DNA of 64,000 nt, from assembly GCA_029267355.1 (NCBI GenBank), contig JAJUJA010000002.1, forward strand, positions 65,386 through 129,385, given 5' to 3'. Positions 38,020 through 49,852 of the stretch are shown here, in pieces. Numbering within the stretch: the stretch's first letter is position 1; each line of letters opens with the position of its first letter. A program made the translations under genes and the position numbers. This stretch comes from Elusimicrobiota bacterium (GTDB taxonomy: Bacteria > Elusimicrobiota > Elusimicrobia > Elusimicrobiales > UBA9959). The notes below the pieces were generated by a model. The model ran no database searches, was not told where the DNA came from, and worked only from the letters and a program-made list of their open reading frames with translations.

Positions 38020-39216
38020 ATGGATAGAGGAAATAAATTCATAACTTCGGAATCTGTTACAGAGGGGCATCCCGATAAGGTTTGCGACCAGATTTCAGAT
38101 GCGGTCTTAGACGAGATAATGAAAAAAGATCCGGCCGGCAGAGTAGCCTGCGAGACCTTTATAACAAGGGGCATGGTCGTGGTCGGCGGCGAAATAACCA
38201 CAAAAACCTATGTTGACATAGACACTCTTGTCAGAGATGTCGTTAAAGACATAGGTTATACCGACAATAAGTACGGCTTCAATTATGAGACTTGCGCCGT
38301 CATAAATGTAATAGGCAGACAAAGCCCCGACATTGCTCAGGGCGTAGATGTGGGCGGCGCCGGAGACCAGGGTCTGATGGTGGGTTATGCCTGCGATGAA
38401 ACCCAGGAGTATATGCCGCTTTCCCTGACTCTGGCCCAGAAATTGACCATGAGACTGGCTGAGGTGAGAAAGAAGAATATACTCAATTATCTCGGCCCGG
38501 ACGGCAAATCTCAGGTTACAGTGGAGTACAGGGACGGCATGCCTTACAGGATAGAGACGATAGTTCTCTCAACTCAGCATCTGGATACCATCCTGGATAA
38601 ATCAGGCAGGCAGATAACTGAAAAAGCCAGGCAGGAGATAATAAAAACCGTGATAAATCCAGTGATAGATTCTTCAATGATGGACAAAAACACCAAAATA
38701 CTTGTAAATCCTACCGGAAAATTTGTGGTCGGCGGCCCTCAGTCCGATACTGGGGTCACAGGCAGAAAAATAATAGTGGATACATACGGCGGCCTTGCTC
38801 CTCACGGCGGCGGCGCCTTCTCCGGAAAAGATCCCACGAAGGTGGACAGATCCGCGGCTTATATGGCCAGATATATAGCAAAGAACATAGTGGCTTCAGG
38901 TGCAGCCAAGGAATGTACCGTTCAGCTGGCTTATGCCATAGGCGTGGCCGAGCCGGTAGGTGTTTATGTTGACACGCATGGCACCGGTTTGATAGAAGAG
39001 GAAAAATTGACGGCTCTGGTGAGGAAGACCTTTGACCTTACGCCCAAAGGCATAATAAGGGACCTGAAACTCAGAAGACCGATATTCAGAAAAACGGCTT
39101 CTTACGGGCATTTCGGCAGAAATGAAAAGGATTTTTCATGGGAAAAAACCGATAAAAAAGCGGTATTCGCCAAAAATATAAGCAAACAGGTTTGCTCCTG
39201 TTCCTGCTGCGGTTGA
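38020..39216 (+). CDS. metK: S-adenosylmethionine synthetase
   Basis: [26 protein letters not shown] and [19 protein letters not shown]. Confidence 0.97.
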   Translation: MDRGNKFITSESVTEGHPDKVCDQISDAVLDEIMKKDPAGRVACETFITRGMVVVGGEITTKTYVDIDTLVRDVVKDIGYTDNKYGFNYETCAVINVIGRQSPDIAQGVDVGGAGDQGLMVGYACDETQEYMPLSLTLAQKLTMRLAEVRKKNILNYLGPDGKSQVTVEYRDGMPYRIETIVLSTQHLDTILDKSGRQITEKARQEIIKTVINPVIDSSMMDKNTKILVNPTGKFVVGGPQSDTGVTGRKIIVDTYGGLAPHGGGAFSGKDPTKVDRSAAYMARYIAKNIVASGAAKECTVQLAYAIGVAEPVGVYVDTHGTGLIEEEKLTALVRKTFDLTPKGIIRDLKLRRPIFRKTASYGHFGRNEKDFSWEKTDKKAVFAKNISKQVCSCSCCG

Positions 39217-39225
39217 GGAGGATAA

Positions 39226-40494
<1,269 letters not shown>

Positions 40495-40504
40495 GGGGGG
40501 AGAA

Positions 40505-40855
40505 ATGAAGGTATTCATAGTAGAGGATAACAGCCTTACAAGGTTCACCATAAAAACGGCAGTTGAAAAACTGGGACATGCCGTTGTGGGTGAAGCGGAA
40601 AGCTTTTCCGAAGCCGTTTCAAAGCTCAGGGATATGAACCCTGACGCTATGCTTCTGGATGTAATTCTTCCGGATAAATCCGGGCTTGAAGTTCTCAAAG
40701 AATTCAAAAAAATGGACCATAAAACAAAAGTTATAGTTGTGACCGCTCTTGAACAGGATTCTCTGGATGATGAGCTGATGAGAGAAGGGGCATCTTTTAT
40801 ACTCAGAAAGCCGTTTTCTGTGGATGAACTGGAAAAAGCGCTCAGTAAAATATGA
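40505..40855 (+). CDS. CheY-like single-domain response regulator
   Basis: MKVFIVEDN, phospho-acceptor region LLDVILPDKSG, VVTAL and RKPF. Start at the internal ATG at 40505. Confidence 0.85.
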   Translation: MKVFIVEDNSLTRFTIKTAVEKLGHAVVGEAESFSEAVSKLRDMNPDAMLLDVILPDKSGLEVLKEFKKMDHKTKVIVVTALEQDSLDDELMREGASFILRKPFSVDELEKALSKI

Positions 40856-41409
40856 ACGCTCCCGATAAAATAAGCTGGAACGAGATTTTGGCGAAGACTT
40901 TTGAAAAAGCCGCAGAAAAAATAAACAGAATGTCTGTGGCGAAATGGGAGTTTTCTCCGCAAATTCCCGTACGGCCGGAAAATTATGATGCGGTATGCTG
41001 TTATTTCCATGTTAAAGACTTGAGCATGCCGATGAGTTTTGCCATGATATTCAGGCGTTCAGACGCGGCTGCCATATCAAAATCTCTGCTTGGTTACGGT
41101 TTTTTTGTCTCACAGAAAATGAGCAGATCTGAAGAGCTTCTTATGGAGGAGCTGTCCAATATAATACTCAATTGCCTGATAAGCGAGATAGCTAATTTCC
41201 TTAAGATAAAGATAATACCTTCAGGTCCCAGGACAGCCCAGGCGCCCAGAGATACGGCAATCGAGATAATATCATCTTTGTCAGAGCAAAGCAGCCGGAT
41301 GGTTTGCGTAGTTTCTTCCGCCGGGTTTTCCTGCGGCGGCGATAAAGTTTTTTGCGAGATACATTCATGCTTTGACAGAGAAATAGCGGAGAAGCTTTCA
41401 ATAGAATGA
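40852..41409 (+). CDS. Possible CheC/CheX-family phosphatase-like protein
   Basis: ATGA overlap with the response regulator gene. EELSNIILNCLISEIANFLKIKIIPSGP resembles the CheC-family E-x2-N-x(~22)-P motif. Otherwise weak. Confidence 0.4.
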   Translation: MNAPDKISWNEILAKTFEKAAEKINRMSVAKWEFSPQIPVRPENYDAVCCYFHVKDLSMPMSFAMIFRRSDAAAISKSLLGYGFFVSQKMSRSEELLMEELSNIILNCLISEIANFLKIKIIPSGPRTAQAPRDTAIEIISSLSEQSSRMVCVVSSAGFSCGGDKVFCEIHSCFDREIAEKLSIE

Positions 41410-41906
41410 AAAAAGCGATTTTTATACTGCTGCTGATTTCCGTTCAGGCCGTTTTTTCTCAGACGGTAAAAATATCTTCCGCTTCTTTTCAATATACCCC
41501 TTCAGCTGTGGCCAAAAAAAAGATTTATTATGATATCTCCGAAATCAAGATAAGGCCTGACGGCAAGCTTGATAGAACTTACAGAATAGAGGTTAAAGTC
41601 AAAAATTTATCGGATAAAGCCGTAGAAGGCCTTGTTTTTAAATATTCTCTGAGACTGTTCTTGAAGAAAGGCGAAAAAAATTTCAAGGATGTCCCCTTTA
41701 TAGCCGAGGATTTGAGAATTTCAAGGCTTGCGCCTATGGCTGAAAAGAATGTATATATTTACAATACAGATCTGCCTGAGCAGCTCAGACGCATTAAAAC
41801 CTGCGGATTTGAGCCTGCCGCCGTAGAGCTTGAAATAGCAAAAGAGCCCAGAAGAGGCGATGAAGCCCTGGAAGTTTCTTTCTTTTCTTTTCCCTTTTCA
41901 AAGTAG
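41406..41906 (+). CDS. Secreted hypothetical protein
   Basis: Signal peptide MKKAIFILLLISVQAVFSQ and a 4-nt overlap with the upstream gene. No family recognised. Confidence 0.4.
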   Translation: MKKAIFILLLISVQAVFSQTVKISSASFQYTPSAVAKKKIYYDISEIKIRPDGKLDRTYRIEVKVKNLSDKAVEGLVFKYSLRLFLKKGEKNFKDVPFIAEDLRISRLAPMAEKNVYIYNTDLPEQLRRIKTCGFEPAAVELEIAKEPRRGDEALEVSFFSFPFSK

Positions 41907-41914
41907 AGGTTCAT

Positions 41915-43192
41915 ATGATAGACATCAAACTGCTGCGCGTTTCTCCTGAAATTGTAAAAGACGCCCTTCTTTCCCGTTCGCCGAAAAATTTACAGCTTAT
42001 AGAAGCCATGTTTTCCCTCGATGAGCAGGCGAGAAAGGCCTTACAGGAGGCCGAGGCCTTGAGAAATGAAAGAAATGATATAAGCAGGGAAATATCGTCT
42101 TATAAAATAGCCAAAAGGGAAGTGCCTGAAACCCTTGCCAGAAAGGCTGCCGAAATAAAAGCAGGGCTTGCCGAGCTTGAAGCCAAATCAGCTTCTCTTG
42201 AAAAAGAGCTTGAAGCCATGCTGATGTCTGTTCCCAATCTGCCCTATGAAGATGTGCCCAGAGGCGAAAGCGAGGCGGATAATAAACAGGTTTCAGAGGA
42301 TATTTCCTGCAAAAGAGAATTTTCCTTCAAGCCGCTGGACCATCATGCCATAGGCGAAAAACTTGGCATAATAGATTTTGAAAGGGCGGCTAAATTGGCC
42401 GGCGCCAGATTTTCAATGCTCAGAGGCAAGGGAGCCGTTCTTGAAAGGGCCATAGCGCAGTTTATGCTTGATTCTCACCGCCGCAGCGGCTATGAGGAAG
42501 TGCTGCCGCCTTTTCTCGTCAATGCCCAAACCATGACCGGCACGGGGCAATTGCCGAAATTTGAACAGGACCTTTATAAGACCGCCGGCGAAAATCCGCT
42601 TTATCTGATACCCACGGCAGAGGTGCCTTTAACGAACATCTATTCCGGCGAAATTTTAGATGAAAGCGTTTTGCCCGTAAAATTGACGGCTCACACGCCA
42701 TGCTTCAGGCAGGAGGCCGGCTCTTACGGCAAGGATACTCGCGGGCTTATAAGAAATCATCAGTTCAACAAGGTGGAGCTTGTCTGGATAACGGCGCCTG
42801 AGAAATCTCCTCAGGCCTTAAACGATATGGTTTCTCATGCCTGCGGCATACTTAAAGACCTTAAAATACCTCACAGGGTGGTGGCGCTTTGCACAGGGGA
42901 TATGGGCTTTTCGGCGGCCAGGACCTTTGACATAGAAGTATGGCTGCCTTCCGAAAACCGCTACAGGGAGATATCCTCATGCTCGGACTGCAGGGATTTT
43001 CAGGCCAGAAGAATGAATCTGAGATACAGGCCCAAGGGAGAAAAACCCAGATATCCCCATACCTTAAACGGTTCCGGCCTGGCGGTAGGGCGCACCTTTG
43101 CCGCTGTGCTGGAAAATTATCAAAATGAGGACGGCTCAGTGGAGATTCCGGAAGTTCTAAGAAAATACACCGGCTTTGACAAGATAGGCTGA
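41915..43192 (+). CDS. serS: Seryl-tRNA synthetase
   Basis: N-terminal coiled-coil arm and class II motifs (FRQEAGSYGKDTRGL, GSGLAVGRTFAAVLENYQ). Confidence 0.95.
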   Translation: MIDIKLLRVSPEIVKDALLSRSPKNLQLIEAMFSLDEQARKALQEAEALRNERNDISREISSYKIAKREVPETLARKAAEIKAGLAELEAKSASLEKELEAMLMSVPNLPYEDVPRGESEADNKQVSEDISCKREFSFKPLDHHAIGEKLGIIDFERAAKLAGARFSMLRGKGAVLERAIAQFMLDSHRRSGYEEVLPPFLVNAQTMTGTGQLPKFEQDLYKTAGENPLYLIPTAEVPLTNIYSGEILDESVLPVKLTAHTPCFRQEAGSYGKDTRGLIRNHQFNKVELVWITAPEKSPQALNDMVSHACGILKDLKIPHRVVALCTGDMGFSAARTFDIEVWLPSENRYREISSCSDCRDFQARRMNLRYRPKGEKPRYPHTLNGSGLAVGRTFAAVLENYQNEDGSVEIPEVLRKYTGFDKIG

Positions 43193-43193
43193 T

Positions 43194-44366
43194 ATGAAAA
43201 AAATTATCTTTTCGCTGCTTTTTTTCTGCTCTTTTCTTAATGCCCAATCCGAAGATTTGCCGCAGGAATTGAAAGAGATATCAAAAAAAGGCATAGACGC
43301 GATTTATGCGGTTGAGCTGGATTCGGCTGAAAAATATTTCAATATGGCCGTTGAAAAATATCCGGACCATCCGTTCGGGCATTTCGGGCTGGCCATGACC
43401 AAATGGGCGCATTTTGAATATTTGGATGATGAGTCAGATCCTTCACTTGACAGGCAGTATTATGCTCTTACAGATAAAGCCATAGAGGTGGGCAAGCTTT
43501 GGCTTAAAAAACATCCCAATGACTCAAACGCTCATATGTGCATGGGCGGTATGTACGGCTTGAGGGCCAGACTTTATCTTATGCAGCACAGCTGGATAAA
43601 GGCCTATTTCAGCGGCAGAAAGGCCCTGTCTTATATGAGAAAAGCCATTGAGATAAATCCGCAAATGTACGACGCTTATCTCGGGCTCGGCATGTATGAG
43701 TATTCAGCAGGCACCTTGACGGGGGCTGTAAAGATCTTGTCCAAGCTTGTAATGCCGGGCGACGCCAAAAAAGGAATAGAGTATCTTAAACTGTGCAAGG
43801 AGAAAGGTTATTTCAATGCCGAGGCCGCAGAGCTTATATTGATAGAGATTTTCACCCAGCATAACAGTCCTTACGCCGACGCTCAGACCGCGGTTAAATG
43901 GTCAAAGGAGCTTAGAAAAAAATATCCCTATCACGCTCAGATGCATTTTGTTGAGATAGTGTCGCTTTATGAGGCGAAAATGTACGACGAAGCCGAAAAG
44001 GAAATGCTTGAATATCTCTCCAGAGTCGGCAGGCATCCGCATTACAGGGAGAAATACCTTTCCAGAATTTATGTCGCACTTGGAACCGTGAGAATGGTTG
44101 AAAAGGATTATGAAGGCGCCAGGTCGTATTTTGAAAAAGCCAAAGAAACCATAAAGAAGGAGAAGAACCCCAGCCGCTGGGGAGTGTGGGGCATTGTCCG
44201 CCTCGGCAATATACACGACGCTCAAAATCTGAGAAAAGAGGCTCTTGAGTATTACAATGAAGCGCTTTCCTACAAGGATAATTGGGGTTTCAGGGAGTAT
44301 ATAGAAAATTTTAAGGCTGCCGCTTTCAGAGCGGCTTCGCTGCCGGATCAATTGCCTCCGCCATGA
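43194..44366 (+). CDS. Secreted TPR-like repeat protein
   Basis: Signal peptide and repeated helical-hairpin segments (AEKYFNMAVEKYPDH, ALEYYNEALSY). Confidence 0.55.
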   Translation: MKKIIFSLLFFCSFLNAQSEDLPQELKEISKKGIDAIYAVELDSAEKYFNMAVEKYPDHPFGHFGLAMTKWAHFEYLDDESDPSLDRQYYALTDKAIEVGKLWLKKHPNDSNAHMCMGGMYGLRARLYLMQHSWIKAYFSGRKALSYMRKAIEINPQMYDAYLGLGMYEYSAGTLTGAVKILSKLVMPGDAKKGIEYLKLCKEKGYFNAEAAELILIEIFTQHNSPYADAQTAVKWSKELRKKYPYHAQMHFVEIVSLYEAKMYDEAEKEMLEYLSRVGRHPHYREKYLSRIYVALGTVRMVEKDYEGARSYFEKAKETIKKEKNPSRWGVWGIVRLGNIHDAQNLRKEALEYYNEALSYKDNWGFREYIENFKAAAFRAASLPDQLPPP

Positions 44367-44791
44367 CAAATTCAATTTATTTTTTTCTTTTTCTCGCGGT
44401 GCTCTCCTGGGGAGCCGGCGCCTTCTTTGACAAAATGACTTTGAAATATTTAAATCCGAATGCGGCTTTCTTCGGCAGAACTTTTGTTATGCTTGTGCTT
44501 TTCGTGCCGCTTCTGGCTTCAAGATTTTCTCTTACGGCAAAAGAGCTCGGCGCGGCTGCTAAAGTATCATGGCTGTATTTGTTTCTGAGCGTTCTTGTCA
44601 CCATGAGCGGCGTATTTTTTTATCTTAAGGCTATGAGCGCAGGCGAAGCTTCAAAAATAGTGCCTTTGTCTTCAGTTTACCCTCTTGTAACCTTTCTTCT
44701 GGCCTGGATTTTTCTCGGCGAAAATGTGAATATCGCCAAAATTTCCGGCGCGGTTCTTATATCCTGCGGCATATATTTGATAACAAAATAA
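44363..44791 (+). CDS. EamA-like (DMT superfamily) small membrane protein
   Basis: 142 aa with 4-5 TM segments and EamA-like sequence. ATGA overlap with the upstream gene. Confidence 0.6.
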   Translation: MTNSIYFFLFLAVLSWGAGAFFDKMTLKYLNPNAAFFGRTFVMLVLFVPLLASRFSLTAKELGAAAKVSWLYLFLSVLVTMSGVFFYLKAMSAGEASKIVPLSSVYPLVTFLLAWIFLGENVNIAKISGAVLISCGIYLITK

Positions 44792-44928
44792 TCCCGCTGA
44801 CTTCTTCATAGATTTGCTGAAAAAGTTCCAATTTCTCCGTTCAGAATAAGAAGGTTTTGTTTTGCCTCTAAAATAATTTATAATTAACAATTATAAGGGT
44901 ATTTTTCTCTCGGCTTATTGGAGGCTAT

Positions 44929-46389
44929 ATGGTCAAAACTTTGACCGCAATTTTAGGTAAAACGCATGAAGGAACAACTGAGAGGCTTATACAGCTTTCA
45001 GGCGGATACTTTTTGCTGTATGTTTTAACCGGCTATCTTGCCAAATACTTTGACAAGGTGCTTGGAGTAAGCGATGTTCAATACACTTTTTACAATACCA
45101 TAGGCGGTATGCTGATATGCAATGCCGTCGTTTTGATATGGGGCTGGTACAAGTTTAAATCAAGCGATACTGTAAGGTTCATGGGCTTCAATATGCCCAG
45201 GGAATTTTTTTACATAATACCATCTGGCATATGTACGGCCATAGTTATACCGACCACAACATTGATGTATACCTTGCCGATTTCGGTGATGGTGGCTATG
45301 ATAATAATGAGAGCCAGCATAATCATAATAAGCCGCCTGATAGACGAGGTTCAGATAAGGCAGGGCATACTTAAAAAGAAGGTTTACTGGGAAGAAAATC
45401 TTGCGGTTGTAATAGCTTTGGCCGCCGTTTCGCTTCAGCTTTTGAATTTCAAAGGCGCTTTTCTTGCCGCGGGACAAAGCGGCTGCTATTCAAATTTCGT
45501 AGCGGATCTTTTCAAATTTGACAAGAAGGACTTTGACTTTCTCGGAAATGCCGCCGCTATGACGATACTGACGTTTTATCTTACCGCCTACACCATAAGA
45601 ATATACATAATGAATTACTACAAAAACACAAGACCCAAAGGCGCCGTTTATGATACTAACGGCTTTTTTGCCATTGAGCAGATATCTTCTACTATAGCGA
45701 TAACGCTGGCCGGAGTAATTTTCTTTTTCTGGGTGAACAGGCCCGCTTCAATCGCTTATTCTCCGGTGGAGGTGCCGGCTGTTGCGGCTGTCAATATTGT
45801 TGAGGCGGAGAAACTTCAAAAAACGCTTTCCAGCGCTCAGCAGCTGCTCGCTGAAGAGACAGGCAAATTTGACGAAAATTCCAGAGCTTTTCTGGAAGAG
45901 AAAATAAAGGCCGGAGCGGCCGTTTTGTCGGATAAAAAAGCCAAAAAAGAGGATTTTGAGGCCATCGCCAAAGATATTGAAGAAGGGATAAAACCCGTAA
46001 AGAGAAGTTTTGCCTACAAATTCTCTGAAGCTGTGAAAAAGCCGACTGAGAAATGGTTTGTCAGCATACTTTCAGGCCTGCCTTTCGGCGCAGCCGCTTT
46101 TTTCTCGGTTTTTCTCTTTATGTTCAAGGGCAGAACCGCCACTTTCGCCGGTCTTGTCAACAGGCTTACTTCGCTTATAGCAGGCACTGCCGCCACAGTT
46201 CTGGTCTATCTTTTGATAAAGGGCCAGAAAATGCCCAAAGAGCAGGACTGGCTGGGGCTTGTGCTTATGTTTGTGGCGATATATTTCATAGGCCGGGCTG
46301 AAAAGAAAAGGGCCTGCGAACTGGCCAGAGAGAAAGAGATTGTTCCTGAATCCGGTTCTGAAATAACCAAAAACTGCGAAACAAAATAA
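44929..46389 (+). CDS. Polytopic membrane protein of unknown function with central soluble helical insert
   Basis: Multiple TM segments at both ends. The central charged segment is VEAEKLQKTLSSAQQLLAEETGKF...KKEDFEAIAKDIEEG. No family recognised. Confidence 0.5.
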   Translation: MVKTLTAILGKTHEGTTERLIQLSGGYFLLYVLTGYLAKYFDKVLGVSDVQYTFYNTIGGMLICNAVVLIWGWYKFKSSDTVRFMGFNMPREFFYIIPSGICTAIVIPTTTLMYTLPISVMVAMIIMRASIIIISRLIDEVQIRQGILKKKVYWEENLAVVIALAAVSLQLLNFKGAFLAAGQSGCYSNFVADLFKFDKKDFDFLGNAAAMTILTFYLTAYTIRIYIMNYYKNTRPKGAVYDTNGFFAIEQISSTIAITLAGVIFFFWVNRPASIAYSPVEVPAVAAVNIVEAEKLQKTLSSAQQLLAEETGKFDENSRAFLEEKIKAGAAVLSDKKAKKEDFEAIAKDIEEGIKPVKRSFAYKFSEAVKKPTEKWFVSILSGLPFGAAAFFSVFLFMFKGRTATFAGLVNRLTSLIAGTAATVLVYLLIKGQKMPKEQDWLGLVLMFVAIYFIGRAEKKRACELAREKEIVPESGSEITKNCETK

Positions 46390-46398
46390 GGAGAGATT

Positions 46399-47727
46399 AT
46401 GCCAGCCAATAAAAATCAGACCAATCTTTGTATGATAGGCACCGGCTATGTCGGCCTTGTGTCAGGGGCCTGTCTTGCCGAAATGGGAAACAGAGTGGTA
46501 TGCGTGGATAATAATGTTGAAAAAATAAAAATGCTTAATAAGGGCAAAATGCCTATATATGAAGAAGGGCTTGAGGAGCTTGTAAAGAAAAATGTCAAAG
46601 CCGGCCGGCTTTTTTTCGCCACTTCCATAAAAGAGGGTATGTACCATAAAGGCCACAGGGCAGAGGCGGTTTTTATAGCAGTCGGTACGCCGCCCAGGGA
46701 AGACGGTTCGGCTGATTTGTCGGCCATAGAAAAAGTTTCGCAGGAAATAGCCGAAAATATGACTGACTACACCGTTATAGTTGAGAAATCAACGGTGCCT
46801 GTTGAGACATGTCTCTGGATAGAGAAAACCGTTTCAAGATTCAATAGGAAAAATATACCTTTTGATGTATGCTCCAATCCGGAGTTTTTAAGAGAAGGCG
46901 TGGCTATAGAGGATTTTCTCAAGCCCGATAGAATAGTGATAGGCGTTCCGTCAAAGAAAGCCGAATTTACTTTGAGAAAGATATATTCAGCCCTTTCAAA
47001 ATATCCTATGCTTGTAACCGACGTTAAAAGCTCCGAGCTTATAAAACACGCCTCAAATTCCTTCCTTTCAACCAAGATCTCTTTCATAAATGCTGTTGCA
47101 AACATCTGCGAAAAAACCGGGGCCAATGTTGAAGACGTGGCCAAAGGCATGGGCCTTGATAAAAGAATCGGCCCGGCTTTTCTCAAGGCGGGCATAGGCT
47201 TCGGCGGTTTCTGCTTTCCAAAGGATTTGGAGGCCTTTTACTGGCTGTCAAGGCAGAAAGGTTATGATTTTGAGCTTCTTAAAAATGTAAAAGAGATAAA
47301 TGAGGGTCAGAAAAAGTGGATTGCCGCAAAAGTTCAGGAAGAGCTTTGGAACCTTGAAGGCAAGACTGTCGCTTTGCTGGGCCTGGCTTTCAAACCTCTG
47401 ACAGACGATATGAGATTTGCGCCTTCAATAGACATAGCCCAGGAGCTTAAATCCAAAGGCGCGAAAATAAGGGCCTATGACCCTGTATCCATGAATAATG
47501 CCAAAAAAGTTATGAAAAGCGTATATTTTGCCAAAGACGCCTATGATTGCGTCAAAGGCGCCGACTGTATCTGCCTGATAACTGAATGGAAGGAGTTTGC
47601 CGGCCTTGATTTTTCAAAAGTCCTTAAACTGGTTAAACATCCCATACTAATAGATGGCCGCAATCTTTATCAGCCCGAGAAAATGAGAGAAATGGGCTTT
47701 ACCTACAAATCCGTAGGCCGCAAATAA
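46399..47727 (+). CDS. ugd: UDP-glucose 6-dehydrogenase
   Basis: GTGYVGLVSGACLAEMG, the catalytic region GFGGFCFPKD and the C-terminal UDP-binding domain. Confidence 0.9.
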   Translation: MPANKNQTNLCMIGTGYVGLVSGACLAEMGNRVVCVDNNVEKIKMLNKGKMPIYEEGLEELVKKNVKAGRLFFATSIKEGMYHKGHRAEAVFIAVGTPPREDGSADLSAIEKVSQEIAENMTDYTVIVEKSTVPVETCLWIEKTVSRFNRKNIPFDVCSNPEFLREGVAIEDFLKPDRIVIGVPSKKAEFTLRKIYSALSKYPMLVTDVKSSELIKHASNSFLSTKISFINAVANICEKTGANVEDVAKGMGLDKRIGPAFLKAGIGFGGFCFPKDLEAFYWLSRQKGYDFELLKNVKEINEGQKKWIAAKVQEELWNLEGKTVALLGLAFKPLTDDMRFAPSIDIAQELKSKGAKIRAYDPVSMNNAKKVMKSVYFAKDAYDCVKGADCICLITEWKEFAGLDFSKVLKLVKHPILIDGRNLYQPEKMREMGFTYKSVGRK

Positions 47728-47736
47728 GGGGGCGAG

Positions 47737-48675
47737 ATGAGAGTTGTCATAACAGGCGGAGCCGGCTTTCTCGGCAGCCATTTATGCAGGTATTTTCTTG
47801 CCAAAGGCCATAAAGTTGTAGCCATAGACAATCTTATAACCGGCAATATTGAGAATATCAAGGATCTTTTCGGAAACGAGAATTTTTCATTCCAGAAGTA
47901 TGATGTGACTAATTACATACATGTGCCAGGCAAAGTGGACGCCATACTCCATTTCGCCAGCCCGGCCAGTCCTGTGGATTATTTGAAATTTCCCATACCG
48001 ACTTTAAAAGTCGGCGCTCTCGGCACGCATAAAGCACTCGGCTTTGCCAAGGAAAAAAAAGCCATTTTTATGATAGCTTCCACTTCCGAGGTGTACGGCG
48101 ATCCTTTGATCAATCCGCAAAAGGAAAGCTACTGGGGCAATGTCAATCCTGGCGGCCCCAGAGGCGTATATGATGAGGCCAAGCGTTTTGCCGAGGCGAT
48201 GACCATGGCTTATCACAGGTACCATAAGATGCCTGTACGCATAATCAGAATTTTCAACACTTATGGTCCGAATATGAGAATAAATGACGGCAGAGCAGTG
48301 CCTAATTTTATGACTCAGGCTCTGGCTGATAAGCCTTTAACAGTTTACGGCGACGGCCTGCAGACCAGAAGCCTTTGCTATGTCTCGGATCTCGTTGAGG
48401 GCATTTACAGGCTTTTAAACAGCGGCATAAATGAGCCGGTCAATATCGGCAATCCTCATGAAGTGACATTGCTTGAACTGGCGGAGACCATAAAGAGAAT
48501 AACGAAAAGCAAATCAAAAATAGTGTTCAGGCCTTTGCCGCAGGATGACCCGAAGGTAAGAAGGCCCGATATAACTTTGGCAAAAACAAAGCTCAAATGG
48601 ACTCCAAAAGTGGGCCTTGAAGACGGCTTGAGAAAAACAGTGGCTTATTTCAAACAGGCAGTTAAAAAAGCTTAA
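47737..48675 (+). CDS. UDP-glucuronate decarboxylase (UDP-xylose synthase) family SDR
   Basis: [12 protein letters not shown] and STSEVYGDP...YDEAKRFAE, with an overall UXS-like sequence. It follows ugd directly. Confidence 0.85.
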   Translation: MRVVITGGAGFLGSHLCRYFLAKGHKVVAIDNLITGNIENIKDLFGNENFSFQKYDVTNYIHVPGKVDAILHFASPASPVDYLKFPIPTLKVGALGTHKALGFAKEKKAIFMIASTSEVYGDPLINPQKESYWGNVNPGGPRGVYDEAKRFAEAMTMAYHRYHKMPVRIIRIFNTYGPNMRINDGRAVPNFMTQALADKPLTVYGDGLQTRSLCYVSDLVEGIYRLLNSGINEPVNIGNPHEVTLLELAETIKRITKSKSKIVFRPLPQDDPKVRRPDITLAKTKLKWTPKVGLEDGLRKTVAYFKQAVKKA

Positions 48676-49064
48676 GGCGATTTTCTTCTTGAGATTTCGG
48701 CAGCTTTTTTTATCTTGATTTCAAGTTCAGCCATATCAAAGGGTTTTACAAGATAGTCCAAAGCTCCAAACAGCAGCGCGTCATTCAAGGTGGCCGCGTC
48801 GTTAAGACCGCTGACGGCTATTATAGGAATATGCTTGGTGCTTTCGTTGGAATGTATCTCATTCATAAGGGCTATGCCGTCTATATGCGGCATCATAATG
48901 TCCATCAAAATGACATCGGGTTTCTTTTCATTTGAAAACAGGAAATCCTTGGCTTTTTGCGGATTGTCAAAAGTTTTAAGCTCATAAGCCGGCAGGCCCG
49001 ATTCATATATGTCAAGAATCGTGTCGTCGTCGTCCACTGCCAGTACAAATATCCTGTTTTCCAT
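48672..49064 (-). CDS. Single-domain response regulator receiver protein
   Basis: [27 protein letters not shown] and DYLVKPF. Confidence 0.85.
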   Translation of the reverse strand: MENRIFVLAVDDDDTILDIYESGLPAYELKTFDNPQKAKDFLFSNEKKPDVILMDIMMPHIDGIALMNEIHSNESTKHIPIIAVSGLNDAATLNDALLFGALDYLVKPFDMAELEIKIKKAAEISRRKSP

Positions 49065-49102
49065 ACTGTTATTTTATTTTAAATCGCAAGCTTATTCAAT
49101 AT

Positions 49103-49852
49103 TTATTGCGGCTCTATAACAGAGCATTGAAAATTGCCCCTGGTAGTGCCTATGTAAAAAAGAGATTTCATGCCGGGCAGTCCTTCTTTGTTTATGAACT
49201 CCGATATCTCGGATATTTCTTCTTCCGTCTTAAGGGGTATCAGCCGGTACGGGTAGTTTATGGCGTCAAAGATCTTTTTCTGGCTTTTAAGCTTCTTTAT
49301 TTCTATGACTTTAAGGTCTTCCGTTTTCTGGCCTTTTTCCTCAAAATCGCTCAAAAGCTTGCCGGTGAGTGGAACAGCCGAAATAAAAGCCAGATATTTA
49401 TTTTCCGGCTTAAACTTGAAAATCTCTTTTTTCATTTCGGAAAAAGCGAAATGGAAGGAATCGCTGAAGTTTTTCATGGGCGCCTGTGCGCGTCTGAGTT
49501 CGCCGTTTATATAGGCGGAAATTTTGAGCGTTTCGCCTTTATAAAAAAGGGTTTTGGATTCATCAGGATTTTGTCTGGTTACTATCTCCGAGGATTTGGT
49601 TTCTCTGAAAAAATCTTTGGCGTACATTTTTTTTATCTGGCCTTCGCGTATTAGAATTTTTTTATTTTTCTCTTCTTTGGCCATGAAATTGCCTTCTGAG
49701 TCTATCTCTATGTAATAACTCTGTTTTTTAGCTGGCCAATCAGATTCAAGCCATATTTTTTCGGCATTATCCTTGTCCTCGTAACCCCGGAAGGCCCATA
49801 GCGTTGCCGCTGCCGCCAGTATAAGAAGCGCCGTAATCGATCTATTTTTCAT
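49103..49852 (-). CDS. Secreted hypothetical protein
   Basis: Start set at MKNRSITALLILAAAATLWA (signal peptide) inside the longer track ORF. No family recognised. Confidence 0.45.
   Translation of the reverse strand: MKNRSITALLILAAAATLWAFRGYEDKDNAEKIWLESDWPAKKQSYYIEIDSEGNFMAKEEKNKKILIREGQIKKMYAKDFFRETKSSEIVTRQNPDESKTLFYKGETLKISAYINGELRRAQAPMKNFSDSFHFAFSEMKKEIFKFKPENKYLAFISAVPLTGKLLSDFEEKGQKTEDLKVIEIKKLKSQKKIFDAINYPYRLIPLKTEEEISEISEFINKEGLPGMKSLFYIGTTRGNFQCSVIEPQ

Noticed and set aside
49106-49654. 182-aa + strand ORF (and 49260-49514) opposite the 49103-49852 gene.
   Set aside because: It is an F/L/Y-rich antisense artefact. The minus-strand ORF has a signal peptide and plausible composition, and it is coupled to the MauE-like gene.
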